This document shows, one piece after another, positions 35,701 through 45,300 of a stretch of DNA of 53,389 nucleotides. The DNA comes from Candidatus Eiseniibacteriota bacterium (GTDB taxonomy: Bacteria > Orphanbacterota > Orphanbacteria > Orphanbacterales > Orphanbacteraceae). How positions within the stretch are numbered: the first letter of the stretch is position 1; each line of letters opens with the position of its first letter. The notes under the pieces are model-generated. The model searched no databases, was not told the origin of the DNA, and was given only the letters and a program-made list of their open reading frames with translations. The translations under genes and the position numbers were made by a program. The stretch covers positions 1 through 53,389 of the forward strand of contig JBDROZ010000050.1 of assembly GCA_043809585.1 (NCBI GenBank), in the 5' to 3' direction.

Positions 35701-36207
35701 CTCGACGAACAGTTTCGAGAAGGCGGGGTGGGCGGCGTCCGACTCCCGGGGGGCGATCACCACTTCAGCGTAGGTGGTGAGATCGAGAGAGCGGGGCCGG
35801 TCCGTCGGGTTCTGAATCGTGACGAGGCGAATCTCCACGGTATCTTCCGGAGGAACGGCGATCTCCACGCGGGAACGGAGGCCGTCCTCCATTCGTTCGA
35901 AGAGAACCAGGCCCGGTTTCCGGGAAGCCCGGCAGAGTTCCGGCGCCCCAGGCAGAGGACTCGCACCGATCGAATGGAACTTCCCCGTCTCCCGGTCCCG
36001 GACGTAAAAGAAGAGCCCGAAGGAGCGATCGATCGGATCGTCGCTCCCCCGGGTCAGGTCGATCCCGTCCGACACGGATCGGCCCGCCCCCGAGCCGTCG
36101 ATTTCGACCCGGTAGCGCCCGTTCGAGAGAACGATCCCGGGGGGGGCGGCCCCGGCGGGGAAGGGGGAATCGACAGGAGTCGGGGTCCCTCGATCGTCAT
36201 CCTTCAT
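32755..36207 (-). CDS. GH94 glycosyl phosphorylase (NdvB/Cgs C-terminal-like; probable 1,2-beta-oligoglucan phosphorylase)
   Basis: Two beta-sandwich repeats; YQSGGAFGFRDQLQD, GDWNDGMN, GVRENGGQYTHAA, YKVEPY, GRGGWTWYTGS. Confidence 0.9.
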   Translation of the reverse strand: MKDDDRGTPTPVDSPFPAGAAPPGIVLSNGRYRVEIDGSGAGRSVSDGIDLTRGSDDPIDRSFGLFFYVRDRETGKFHSIGASPLPGAPELCRASRKPGLVLFERMEDGLRSRVEIAVPPEDTVEIRLVTIQNPTDRPRSLDLTTYAEVVIAPRESDAAHPAFSKLFVETGFDPGRQTLLANRRPRAKDENRPWLFHALRGEGDLQWETDRLRFLGRGGTPAAPAALSDGSPLSGTVGAVLDPVVALRRIFTLAPEEEVRFVAILGAAPSREEAIAASARWSSESATKRALESAEVRGPEAVEETSFESAPAGTPEVIGPATGDEATPRREERPLRFDNGYGGFNDEGNEYVIRLRHEPGRGLRLPPLPWVNVVANDRLGFLVSETGAGCTWGGNSREHRLSPWSNDPVRDPHDEAIYIRDEETGAFWSPLPGPSPAKAGYEARHGFGYSLFRHESGGLEEATCLFAPLSDPVKITRLRVTNRSDRTRRLSIVSYRRLVLGVSPETSGRSVVTEIDPETGALFARNPRSRDFAKSVTFGAAVLPGKEDALHLSGDRRAFLGPRGNAARPEALTRSGPIEGPVGARLDPAFVERAVIDIAPGECAECSFLFGEGKDDEEARTLVARYRRRGAVEEALAGVTAEWKRLRSGLRIATPRPALDIMVNGWLPYQTLACRMRGRTAFYQSGGAFGFRDQLQDAASLVYQAPEMTRAQILLHAAHQFVEGDVLHWWHPPRSRGIRTRFADDLLWLPYVTAFYVRCTGDRSIMNEEVRFLTARALAPGEDEAFLEPADSGEEADLYEHCCRALDRSLGTGAHGLPLFGTGDWNDGMNRVGREGRGESVWMAFFLIHLIDGFLPIVRERGDRERMERYEGAAKNLRKSVNDGGWDGGWYRRGYYDDGAPLGSKESDECKIDALVQAWSVISGGAPRERAERAMDGAVRELVSEEDGIIRLLTPAFDKTPRDPGYIKGYVPGVRENGGQYTHAALWVVRALAELGRNEKAARLLEMLTPVAHGGTAEGIETYKVEPYVVAADVYGEPPHIGRGGWTWYTGSSAWMFRVAVESILGIRMEDGNLIRIRPCIPDQWPRYDVTWRVPGEETIYEIAVENPRRRARSVIEATLDGAPLLIQDGAAPVPIIRDGRTHRVLVTLG

Positions 36208-36306
36208 CGAAGGCTAATCTCCATATTTTACAATAGATTGCCACGTAACTCCGTTCCCATCCCCGAATGGCGTCGCATGGGAATCGCGCAGGACGCATTT
36301 CAAATC

Positions 36307-36336
36307 TTGACAATATAGTGCCAGATGTGGCATCAT
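36307..36336 (+). promoter_or_regulatory. Sigma70 promoter of the lacI-TBDR operon
   Basis: TTGACA-18 nt-CATCAT with TG extension, in an AT-rich divergent intergenic region. Confidence 0.6.
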
Positions 36337-36338
36337 TT

Positions 36339-36352
36339 TGTAAACGTTTACA
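36339..36352. promoter_or_regulatory. LacI-family operator
   Basis: Perfect 14-bp palindrome TGTAAACGTTTACA with central CG, over the predicted start site and upstream of a LacI gene. Confidence 0.85.
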
Positions 36353-36445
36353 TCCGGCCGGGAGGCTTGTTTCCTTACCCCCGGACCCTCCTCAAGGCGC
36401 GGATTGAGTGGGCGACCCCACTCTGCCACCCCCGGGAGGTTCCCT

Positions 36446-37465
36446 TTGGCGACCATCAAAGACGTGGCCCGCGAAGCGGGCGTCTCGACCGCCACCGTCT
36501 CGAGGGTCTACAACGGCAGCCATCTCGTCAGCGCGGACACCACGCGCCGCGTTCTCGAAGTCGCCGCCCGGATGGACTACTGGCCGAACGGCGCCGCCCG
36601 CTCCCTCAGCACCCGCAGCACCCGCGCCATCGGCGTTCTCCTTCCCGACCTGCACGGCGAGTTCTTCTCCGAGACCATCCGCGGCATCGATCACGCCGCG
36701 CGGGAGGAATCGTATCAGATCCTGCTGTCGAGCTCCCATGCCGATGCGGGCCAGCTGATCTCGGCGGCCCGCGCCCTCCGGGGGCGAATCGACGGGCTCA
36801 TCGCCATGGCGCCGGACAAGGGGTCGGCCCAGGCGATGGAGGATTTCGCCAAGCATTTCCCCGTGGTCTTGTTGAACCCCGGCCTGCCGGTGAACAGCTG
36901 CGGCTCCATCTCCGTCGCGAACGGGGAGGGGGCGTATGCCATGGTGAGCCATCTGATCCGCGTGGGACACCGGCGCATCGCCATGTTGATGGGACCGGCG
37001 GGGAACGCGGACGCCGAAGAGCGGCTCGGGGGGTACCGCAAGGCCCTCGCCGACGGGGGGGGCGAGATCACTCCCTCTCTGGAGATCGCCGGCGACTTCA
37101 GCCAGCTTTCCGGCTACGAGAGCGCCCGTGAAATCCTCCGCCGGGAGCCGCGCCCGACGGCGGTCTTCGCGGCCAACGATTACATGGCGATCGGACTCAT
37201 CAGCGCCCTCCTCGAGCATGGGGTGCGGGTGCCCCGGGACATGGCGGTGACCGGGTTCGACGATATCGAGCTCGCCCGCTATCTCAGCCCGCCGCTCACG
37301 ACGGTCCGTGTAGACGCCTACGGCCTCGGGGAGCGGGCGGTGATCCAGTGGCTCGAAGCGGTGCGTGCCAACGGCGAGGGCCGTCCGAAACAGGAAGTGT
37401 TGCTGACCACGCTCGTCGTGCGCGGTTCTTGCGGGGCCGCGGGCAGGCGGAAGTCCGGCGATTGA
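36446..37465 (+). CDS. LacI-family transcriptional regulator
   Basis: TTG start after GGGAGG; ATIKDVAREAGVSTATVSRV helix-turn-helix; AVFAANDYMA.G; GFDD; PPLTTV. Confidence 0.96.
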   Translation: MATIKDVAREAGVSTATVSRVYNGSHLVSADTTRRVLEVAARMDYWPNGAARSLSTRSTRAIGVLLPDLHGEFFSETIRGIDHAAREESYQILLSSSHADAGQLISAARALRGRIDGLIAMAPDKGSAQAMEDFAKHFPVVLLNPGLPVNSCGSISVANGEGAYAMVSHLIRVGHRRIAMLMGPAGNADAEERLGGYRKALADGGGEITPSLEIAGDFSQLSGYESAREILRREPRPTAVFAANDYMAIGLISALLEHGVRVPRDMAVTGFDDIELARYLSPPLTTVRVDAYGLGERAVIQWLEAVRANGEGRPKQEVLLTTLVVRGSCGAAGRRKSGD

Positions 37466-37636
37466 GCACGGAAGAGGATCCCGGCGCCGGCCCCTGCGGT
37501 GGTGGGGAGAAACGAACGGAAGAGCGGTCGCGGCGCCCGGCAGGGGGGCGGCCCCTTCCCGAGAGACAGGAGATGAAGGCGAAAGGCGGCGACGCCGGCG
37601 GAGCGACGCCCTCTTCCGCCCTAAGGAGGATTGGAT

Positions 37637-39532
37637 ATGAAACGAGTTCTCACGGCGGCGCTCCTCTTCGGCGCCCTTCTCGCCCTCGCGATCCCCGCCT
37701 TCGGGCAGGCACCGCGGGAAGACGTCATCTGGGCGCGCTCGACCGAGGGGGTGCCGGTCACCCTCGACGGCGCTTTGAACGAACCGGCGTGGGCGGTCGC
37801 CGAGTCGATCCAAATCAACTGGGGAGAAAGCTCGGGAATTCCGGGGAGCGGCTGGAAGCTCGAGCTCGGCCGCCTGCCGAAAGACAAGACCCGGGCGACC
37901 TTGAAGTTCCTGGTCGTGAACAACCAACTCTTCATGGCCGCCGTCGTGCCCGACAGTTCCATCGGCGGCGGACCCGACTTCAACCGGTTCGACGGCTTCC
38001 TCATGTGCATGAAGGACCACGGTCTTCCGGGCTTCCCGAAGCCGCCGGCCGAGTACCTCTATTCTTGGTGGTACCCCGAGTGCCCCGACTCGATGGCGCC
38101 CGGCAAGGAGCCCGGCTTCATCGGCAGCTGGGGGGTTTTCCCCCCCTGCGGCACACGGGATTCGACAGACATCGCCAACTGGGACGCGGCGATCGTCGTG
38201 CAAGGCCTCACCAACAGCGACGCGGTCATCGACGCGGGCTACACGGTGGAGATGAAGTTCGACCTGACCGCCATGGGATACGACGTGACGGCGCAGGAAG
38301 GCGACGTGGTGGAGTGGAACATCTCCATTTACGACGCCGATTGGTTCTGGCCGATCAACGCGCTCAAGGTGACGGGCAACCGGACCTGGTGGCAGGGCCC
38401 CTGGGGGAACGCGGCGATCTACAACGAGGTCCGCATCCATGCCCGGCCGGACGTGACGATCTCTTCCGGGCCGGTTCCGGACATCCTTCCGGAGCTGTAC
38501 ATCCCGAACGGCGTCGCCTACACGCCTCCCGTCATCGACGGGGTGCTCGACGAGGACGTCTGGGCGGACATTCCCTCCTTCGACATCCGGTGGGACGATG
38601 ACTCGCTCCGCATGACCTACCCGGCCGTCGGCCCGTACCGGGCGGGCCAGTTTCAAGCGACGGTGAACGGGGGCACGGCGGAAGTCACCGACCCTTCGGA
38701 CGCGTCGGTCCGTATCTTTCACTCGGGAGACACGCTCTACTTCGGGTTCGACGTCAGGGACAAAGTCGTCCAGTACCATGCGGACTTCAACCGGTGGGAC
38801 GGCTTCCTGATCGGCTTCGACGACCGGGGCGTGATCGGTCCCGACTCGAACTTCGTGAGCCGCCGGCTCTCCTTCCAGGTCGGCTCGGGCGGAACCGTCC
38901 TGGCCGCCGATTACCTTCCGTTCCTGATGGACTCGCTGAGCGGCGCCCGGCTCGGGCTCGCCCTTAAGGGGGGAACGACGGTCGACACCCTCGGCCTCCA
39001 GGCGGACTCGGGCTACACGGCGGAGCTCGCCATCGACCTGACCAAACTGGGGTACCCGACGGGGCTCGGGGACCGGGCGGTCTTCTTCGGGATCAACCTC
39101 CTCGACGGCGACTCGTTCACACCGTCGTCGGATAGCTACGGCATCCGGACCTGGTGGTACCGGGAGTACGACGGCACCTGCTGTCCCGTGTGGGGCTACC
39201 TCGACCCGGCGGTCTGGTACGTCGACGTGGCGGGACCGATCAGCCCGTCGCTACCGAGGTTGGTCCAGAACTACCCGAACCCCTTCAAGGGGACGACGAC
39301 GCTCCGGTACATGCTCCCCGTGGAGAGCGAGGTGACCCTCGAGGTCTTCGACGCCCGGGGCCGGCTCGTGGACCGGAAGAACCTCGGCACCCAGGGGGCG
39401 GGGATGCGTTACCTCGACTACCCGGGAACGGGGAAGAACACGGGCGTGTACTTCTACCGCCTGCACGTGAAGAACCCGGCGACCGGCGACGTGGGCCGGA
39501 CGCTCACCGGAAAGATGACTCTCGTTCGTTAG
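37637..39532 (+). CDS. Secreted protein with tandem CBM9/DOMON-like domains and a FlgD-Ig/T9SS-like C-terminal domain
   Basis: RBS AAGGAGG; signal peptide; two units beginning LDGALNEPAW and IDGVLDEDVW and containing GYTVEM and GYTAEL; QNYPNPF...TGVYFYRL. Confidence 0.75.
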   Translation: MKRVLTAALLFGALLALAIPAFGQAPREDVIWARSTEGVPVTLDGALNEPAWAVAESIQINWGESSGIPGSGWKLELGRLPKDKTRATLKFLVVNNQLFMAAVVPDSSIGGGPDFNRFDGFLMCMKDHGLPGFPKPPAEYLYSWWYPECPDSMAPGKEPGFIGSWGVFPPCGTRDSTDIANWDAAIVVQGLTNSDAVIDAGYTVEMKFDLTAMGYDVTAQEGDVVEWNISIYDADWFWPINALKVTGNRTWWQGPWGNAAIYNEVRIHARPDVTISSGPVPDILPELYIPNGVAYTPPVIDGVLDEDVWADIPSFDIRWDDDSLRMTYPAVGPYRAGQFQATVNGGTAEVTDPSDASVRIFHSGDTLYFGFDVRDKVVQYHADFNRWDGFLIGFDDRGVIGPDSNFVSRRLSFQVGSGGTVLAADYLPFLMDSLSGARLGLALKGGTTVDTLGLQADSGYTAELAIDLTKLGYPTGLGDRAVFFGINLLDGDSFTPSSDSYGIRTWWYREYDGTCCPVWGYLDPAVWYVDVAGPISPSLPRLVQNYPNPFKGTTTLRYMLPVESEVTLEVFDARGRLVDRKNLGTQGAGMRYLDYPGTGKNTGVYFYRLHVKNPATGDVGRTLTGKMTLVR

Positions 39533-39552
39533 CGGCTTGGAAACGGCCGGGC

Positions 39553-39579
39553 GGGGAGGGATCCGCGGGATCCCTCCCC
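39553..39579 (+). other. Strong intergenic hairpin without U-tract
   Basis: ggggagggatcc-gcg-ggatccctcccc, a perfect 12-bp stem between the CBM9-like gene and the TonB receptor gene. Confidence 0.6.
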
Positions 39580-39617
39580 CGCACCGGGAACGGGGGCCGG
39601 GAAAGCCCCGGAGAACG

Positions 39618-42296
39618 ATGGGGAGAGTCAGGATCGACGGCAAAGAAGGGGGGAGGACCCGGGCGGCCCGTGCCGTCCTTTCGGCGTTTCTGGTCTTCGG
39701 GTTCGCCGGCGGGGCGAAGGCCGGAACGACGGGGAAGCTGACGGGCTTCGTCGTGGACTTTCGGGAGCGGCCTATTCCCTCCGCGACGGTTTCGGTCCTC
39801 GGCACGTCCCTCTGGGCTCTCACCGACGGCGCGGGCCGGTACAACATCCTCGGCGTCGCTCCGGGGAAGTGGCGGGTCGAGGCGACCAGGAGCGGCTTTC
39901 AGACGATGATCGTGAGCGAGGTCCTGGTCTCCTCGGACCAATCGACGTGGATCGATTTCGAATTGCCCTCGCCCGAGGACGTGATGAAGCCGGTGGAGAT
40001 CGTCGCCGAGCGTCCGGTGGTCGATGTGAGGCTCTCGAGCTCCCACGCGATCCTGACGAGCGAGGAGATCGACCGACTGCCGGTGGAGCAACTGGACGAC
40101 GTGGTCAATCTCCAGGCGGGCGTCGTGGACGGTCACTTCCGGGGCGGCCGGAGCGGCGAGGTGCAGTGGCAGGTGGACGGGGTGAGCGTGAACAACGCGT
40201 ACGACAACAAGTCGACCCTCCGGATCGACCGTTCCCTCCTCGAGGAGGTGCAGATCATCAGCGGCACCTTCGATGTCGAGTACGGGCAGGCGATGAGCGG
40301 CGTGGTGAACGCGGTCCTGAAATCGGGCACCCGGGAGTTCCGTTGGGAGGGAGAGGCGTACACGGGCGGCTATCTCTTCCGAGAGGGGGAGGGGAAGCGC
40401 CTCACGAGCGACGACTTCCGCCCCGCGGCGGTGGAGAACTACCGGCTCACCCTTTCGGGACCCACGGGCCTCCCGAAGACGGTCTACCTCCTGAACGGCC
40501 GGCGCAACCTCTCGGATAACTTCGTCACCGCCCGGAGGGTCTTCCTCCCCACGGACTTCAACTCACCGGACAGCCTGATCTACCGGCCCACGGGGGACAG
40601 CGCCGAGGTCTCCCTCGGATACGCGAACACCTGGTCGGGGGCGCTCAAGATCACCAACTCCTCCTTGGCGACGCTGAAGCTGAACTACCAGGCCGTGGGG
40701 AACGAGATCGAGGAGATCCCCGCCGACTACGCGTGGCGGTACAACCCGGTGGGGCGCTCGACCCGGAAGACCACGTCGATCTCCCACGGGTTCGACCTGA
40801 CCCACACCCTCGGGACGACGACTCTTTACAATCTCAGTCTCCGGCAGAACTACTTCGACTACCGGGACTACGTGTTCGAGGACCCGGACGACCCGGGCTA
40901 CGACGCGTCAGGCCCCCCCGAGACCGACGCGAACTACGAGGAGGGGGCCTACATCGAAGGGGTGAGCCTCGACCGGTTCAAGCAGAAGACCAACGCCTAT
41001 CTCTTCAAGGGAAGCGTGCAGAGCCAGGTCAGGTCGGACCACCTCGTGAAGCTGGGGGGCGAGATCCAGGTCGCCAACCTCGAGTTCGGGACGCCGACCC
41101 ACGTGGTCAGCACCATCGACACGATCACGGGCGACGCGGTCCTCTACCGGTACGAGAACGATCCCCCCGACTACCCCGGGGTTCAGGAGTACGACCCCGT
41201 CATCGGCGCGGCCTACCTCCAGGACCAGATCGAGTGGAACGACCTGACCCTCCGGGCCGGCCTCCGGGTCGACTACTTCGATGCCCGGTCGACGCTCCCG
41301 AGCGACCTCCAGAACCCCGCGAACGTGATCGAGGGCGCCCCGGAGTCGGTCCCCGTGGGGACGAGCGTCAAGGTGGACGCGGCCCCCCGGCTCGGGGTGG
41401 TGATGTCGGTCACCGACAGGGCGGCGGTTCACTTCTCCTACGGCCACTTCTACCAGTACCCGCCCCTCGGCGACATCTTCCGGGACGCCGACTATTCGGC
41501 CCTCGCGAACCTCGCGGCGGGGGGGATCGACTACGGCGTGCGCGGCAATCCCGACATCAAGGCGGAGCGGACGGTGCAGTACGAATTCGGGTACAAGCAG
41601 GCGCTCACGGACGACATCGGGATGGACATCAGCCTCTTCTACAAGGACATCCGGGACCTCCTCGGCGTCGAGTTCATCCAGACCTACAACGTCGCGGAAT
41701 ACGCCCGTCTCGCGAACGTCGACTACGGGAGCGTCGTCGGGTTCACGCTCGCCGTCGACCGCCGGCGGGTCGGCCTCTGGGACGCGGCGATCGATTACAC
41801 GTGGCAGCTCGCCCGGGGGAACTCGAGCGATCCGAGGGAGACGGCCACGCGCGCCGAGGCGGGCGAGGACCCGCGGCCGCGGCAGGTGCCGCTCGACTGG
41901 GACCAGCGCCACACCCTCAACCTGACCGTCGGCCTCTCGAAGCCGGAGGACTTCTCGGTGAGCGCCGTCCTCCGGGCGGTCAGCGGCCAGCCGTACACGC
42001 CCCAGCGCGAGTCGTTCCAGTTCTCGTTCGGTCTCGAGGACAATTCGGGGAACAAGCCCTCCACGTTCCTCGTGGACCTCCGCGCGGACAAGAGCGTCGG
42101 CGGGCTCGGCGTGAACGCGAGTCTCTTCGCGCGGGTCTTCAACCTCTTCGACGAGCGGTTCTTCAACGGTTTCGTCTTCCCCACCACCGGGAGCCCCTAC
42201 TACTCGCGGACTCCGGTGACCGTGGAGGATCCGCTCCGGTACTACCCGCCGAGGCGGGTCGAACTCGGGATCAGCCTGGGAACGTTCGGAGGATAG
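39618..42296 (+). CDS. TonB-dependent receptor with N-terminal carboxypeptidase-regulatory-like domain
   Basis: TTGKLTG.V...TD..GRY.I; plug motifs HFRGGRSGEV...VDG and SGTFDVEYG.AMSGVVN; barrel motifs GNPDIKAERT.QYE.G and PRRVELG. Start uncertain. Confidence 0.92.
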   Translation: MGRVRIDGKEGGRTRAARAVLSAFLVFGFAGGAKAGTTGKLTGFVVDFRERPIPSATVSVLGTSLWALTDGAGRYNILGVAPGKWRVEATRSGFQTMIVSEVLVSSDQSTWIDFELPSPEDVMKPVEIVAERPVVDVRLSSSHAILTSEEIDRLPVEQLDDVVNLQAGVVDGHFRGGRSGEVQWQVDGVSVNNAYDNKSTLRIDRSLLEEVQIISGTFDVEYGQAMSGVVNAVLKSGTREFRWEGEAYTGGYLFREGEGKRLTSDDFRPAAVENYRLTLSGPTGLPKTVYLLNGRRNLSDNFVTARRVFLPTDFNSPDSLIYRPTGDSAEVSLGYANTWSGALKITNSSLATLKLNYQAVGNEIEEIPADYAWRYNPVGRSTRKTTSISHGFDLTHTLGTTTLYNLSLRQNYFDYRDYVFEDPDDPGYDASGPPETDANYEEGAYIEGVSLDRFKQKTNAYLFKGSVQSQVRSDHLVKLGGEIQVANLEFGTPTHVVSTIDTITGDAVLYRYENDPPDYPGVQEYDPVIGAAYLQDQIEWNDLTLRAGLRVDYFDARSTLPSDLQNPANVIEGAPESVPVGTSVKVDAAPRLGVVMSVTDRAAVHFSYGHFYQYPPLGDIFRDADYSALANLAAGGIDYGVRGNPDIKAERTVQYEFGYKQALTDDIGMDISLFYKDIRDLLGVEFIQTYNVAEYARLANVDYGSVVGFTLAVDRRRVGLWDAAIDYTWQLARGNSSDPRETATRAEAGEDPRPRQVPLDWDQRHTLNLTVGLSKPEDFSVSAVLRAVSGQPYTPQRESFQFSFGLEDNSGNKPSTFLVDLRADKSVGGLGVNASLFARVFNLFDERFFNGFVFPTTGSPYYSRTPVTVEDPLRYYPPRRVELGISLGTFGG

Positions 42297-42302
42297 GGCG
42301 GC

Positions 42303-45300
42303 ATGAACCGGAGACGACATCGCGCGGGAGAGGGAGGGCGGAGCCGGAAACCGGCCTTCGGGCGATGGACGACCCTCTTCCTGGTCCTCGTGCTCCCCTT
42401 CGTTTCCGCCCGGGCCCTGGGCCTGGAGCCCGTGATCCCGCCGGAAGAGAGGGGGCGGATCGACGCCGAGCGCTCGGGGACCCACGACGCGGCGAACATC
42501 CGCACGCTCTTCTTCAATTTCGGAATGGTCGGCGACTATCCCTCGGACCCGCAGAACGTGGACCTCTCGGTCTTCCACTCCGCCGAGGTGCCGAAGGGGA
42601 GCGGGATGAACTACGGCGACGGCATCACGCCCTTCGTTCTCGCCAAGGTGCCCCTCGCCGGCGGGCTCGATGCGTACATCATGGAGACCGGTTTCCGGGA
42701 ACGACAGGCGATCAGCCCGTACTACAACCGGGTGATGCGTTTCGAGCCCCGGCCCGGGTACTTCCAGCCCGACCCCACCCTGAACCCGGCCCGCTCGCCC
42801 GCCCTCAGCACCGACCCTCGGACGTGGCCGACCCGGTGGCCCGACCGGCTAAGCGATCCCGACGACCCCGGTTGGGAGGGGGACTGGAACGGCTACTTCG
42901 GCAAGCGGGCGGCCGCGGACCAGGAGAGCTACACGGTGATGGACGACCAGTTCTACGACGCGTGGGACTTCGACCCCGACAGCCGGGACTCGACGCGACG
43001 GGGGCTCGGGCTCCGCATCGAGGTCCGCGGGTTCCAGTGGTCGAACCCTCAGGCGAGCAACGTGATCTTCTGGCACTACGACATCACGAACGAGGGGACG
43101 ACCGACTACGACGACAACATTATCTTCGGCCTCTACATGGACTCGGGCGTGGGCGGGTCCGAACTCTCGTGCGACGGGATCTACGAGTCCGACGACGACA
43201 ACGCGTACTTCGACAAGTCGTCGGGCCTGAACCTCGTCTACACGTGGGACAAGTACGGCCACGGCGTCGATCTCTCGGGCAAGTGCGGCAAGACGGGGTA
43301 CCTCGGTTACGCCTATCTCGAGACGCCGGGCAACCCCTTCGACGCCGTGGACAACGACGACGACGGGATTCAGGACGAGCTCCGGGACGGCGGCCCCGGG
43401 GAGAGGATCGAGGGGCAGGACAACATCCGGGTGCGGGCGTCCCTCTCCTACGACCTGGCCAAGTTCGAAGAGGCGTACGGGGCCCTCGAGGAGCGGCCCG
43501 CCTTCAAGAGCGGTGTCTGGTGGACCGGCGACGAGGACATGGACTGGGACTTCGAACTCCACGACGTGGGGACCGACGGACTCCCCGAGACGAGGGACAC
43601 GGGGGAGAGGGACGGAATGCCGACGAGCGGCGAGCCGTACTTCGACGAGACGGACCTGAACGAATCGGACATGATCGGCCTCACGGGCTTCAAGATGAAC
43701 CGGATCCGCGCGGGCCAGGGGAACTCGAGCCCCGAGGTGGACGGCATCCTCTTCTTCATGAACGACGCCCAGTGGCCGAAGCGCCTCTACGAGCAGTTCA
43801 CGAACCCGAGAGAGCCGGACCGCTTCGACCCGGCCCTCGCCTCGAATTACAACATCGGCTTCCTCTTCGCGTCCGGGCCCTTCATCCTGAAGGCGGGGCA
43901 GAGCGAGCGGTTCAGCCTCGCCCTCGGCTACGGGGCGAACCTGACCGAGCTTCGGGAGACGGTGAAGACGGTGCAGCAGATTTACGACGCGAACTACCAG
44001 TTCGCCGTGCCGCCCCCCCTTCCGACCGCCACCGCCGAGACCGGCGACGGTTACGTGCTCCTTTCGTGGGACGACGTGGCGGAGCGGGGATTCGATCCGG
44101 TGACGTACACGAACGATTTCGAAGGGTACCGGATCTACCGCGCCACGGACCCCGAGTTCCGGGACCCCCGGGTGATCACCACCGGCACAGGCACCGGACC
44201 GATCGGGAACGGGAAGCCGGTCGCCCAGTTCGACCTCGCGGACGGCATCGAGGGGTTCTCGGAACAGACCGTCGAGGGGGTGGCGTACTGGCTCGGCACG
44301 GAGACCGGCATCGCCCACGCCTGGGTCGACACGGACGTGAAGAACGGGCAGCTCTACTACTACGCCGTCTGCGCCTACGACTACGGGTCCGACTCGCTCG
44401 GCTTCTACCCCTCCGAGAACGCCATCACCGTCTCCCGCACCCCCCGGGGGGGGACCATCCTGCCCCAGAACGCGGTGGCCGTGCGGGCGGAGCCGAAGGT
44501 GACCGGGTTCGTCCGGGCCGAAGCGGGCGACGTCGCCCACGTGGCGGGGCGGGGGACGGGAGAAGCGGATGTGGTCGTCGTGAACTCGAATCTGGTTCCC
44601 GACGGGCACACCTTCGGCATCCACTTCACGACCCCCTCGGCCGATTCGCTCCGGGCCGCCGCGTACCTCCTGATCGACGAGACCACGGGAGACACGATCT
44701 TCACCCGGGGGACCGACCTTGCCGGGGAGGGACGGGGCCCGGTGGGGCGGGGGCTCCTGCCCGTGATCTTCACACCCGACTCGATCACGTTCGACTCCTC
44801 CGCCACCGGGTTCGCGGAGGGGAGCCCCACGAACGCCCGGGTCGTCGTTTCCTACCTGGGCGTCCTTCCGATGAACCAGGTCCGGCCCGGCTTTCCCGAC
44901 GACGTCACCGTCACCTTCTACGACGACGTCGTGAACACGTCGATCGAGATCTTCCCCATTCCGGCGAATCCGGCGAAGTTCCGGGCCGTCGCCCACGGCG
45001 TCGCCGGCGACATGGACCTGCCGTTCCGCTTCCGGGACCTCGACGGCGACGGGACCCTGAGCGGCAAGAGGGAGTACATCGACCTGGTGACCTACTCGAA
45101 CGATGCCCCCGGCGTGCCGAAAGTGACGTGGCGGCTCCAACTCGACCAGGAGGCCCCGTACGAGGGGGACTCGCTGTGGGCTCCGGCCGGGGGGGACGTG
45201 TTCGAAATCGGTCTCGTGCTGCCCTTCGGCGAGGACGACGTCCTCTCCTTCACGGCCGCGGGCCAGCGTATCGACGGGGAGGAGGAGAAGAAGGAGGAGT

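Noticed and set aside
32746-36318. 1190-aa plus-strand ORF
   Set aside because: Antisense to the GH94 gene, with no recognisable domain.
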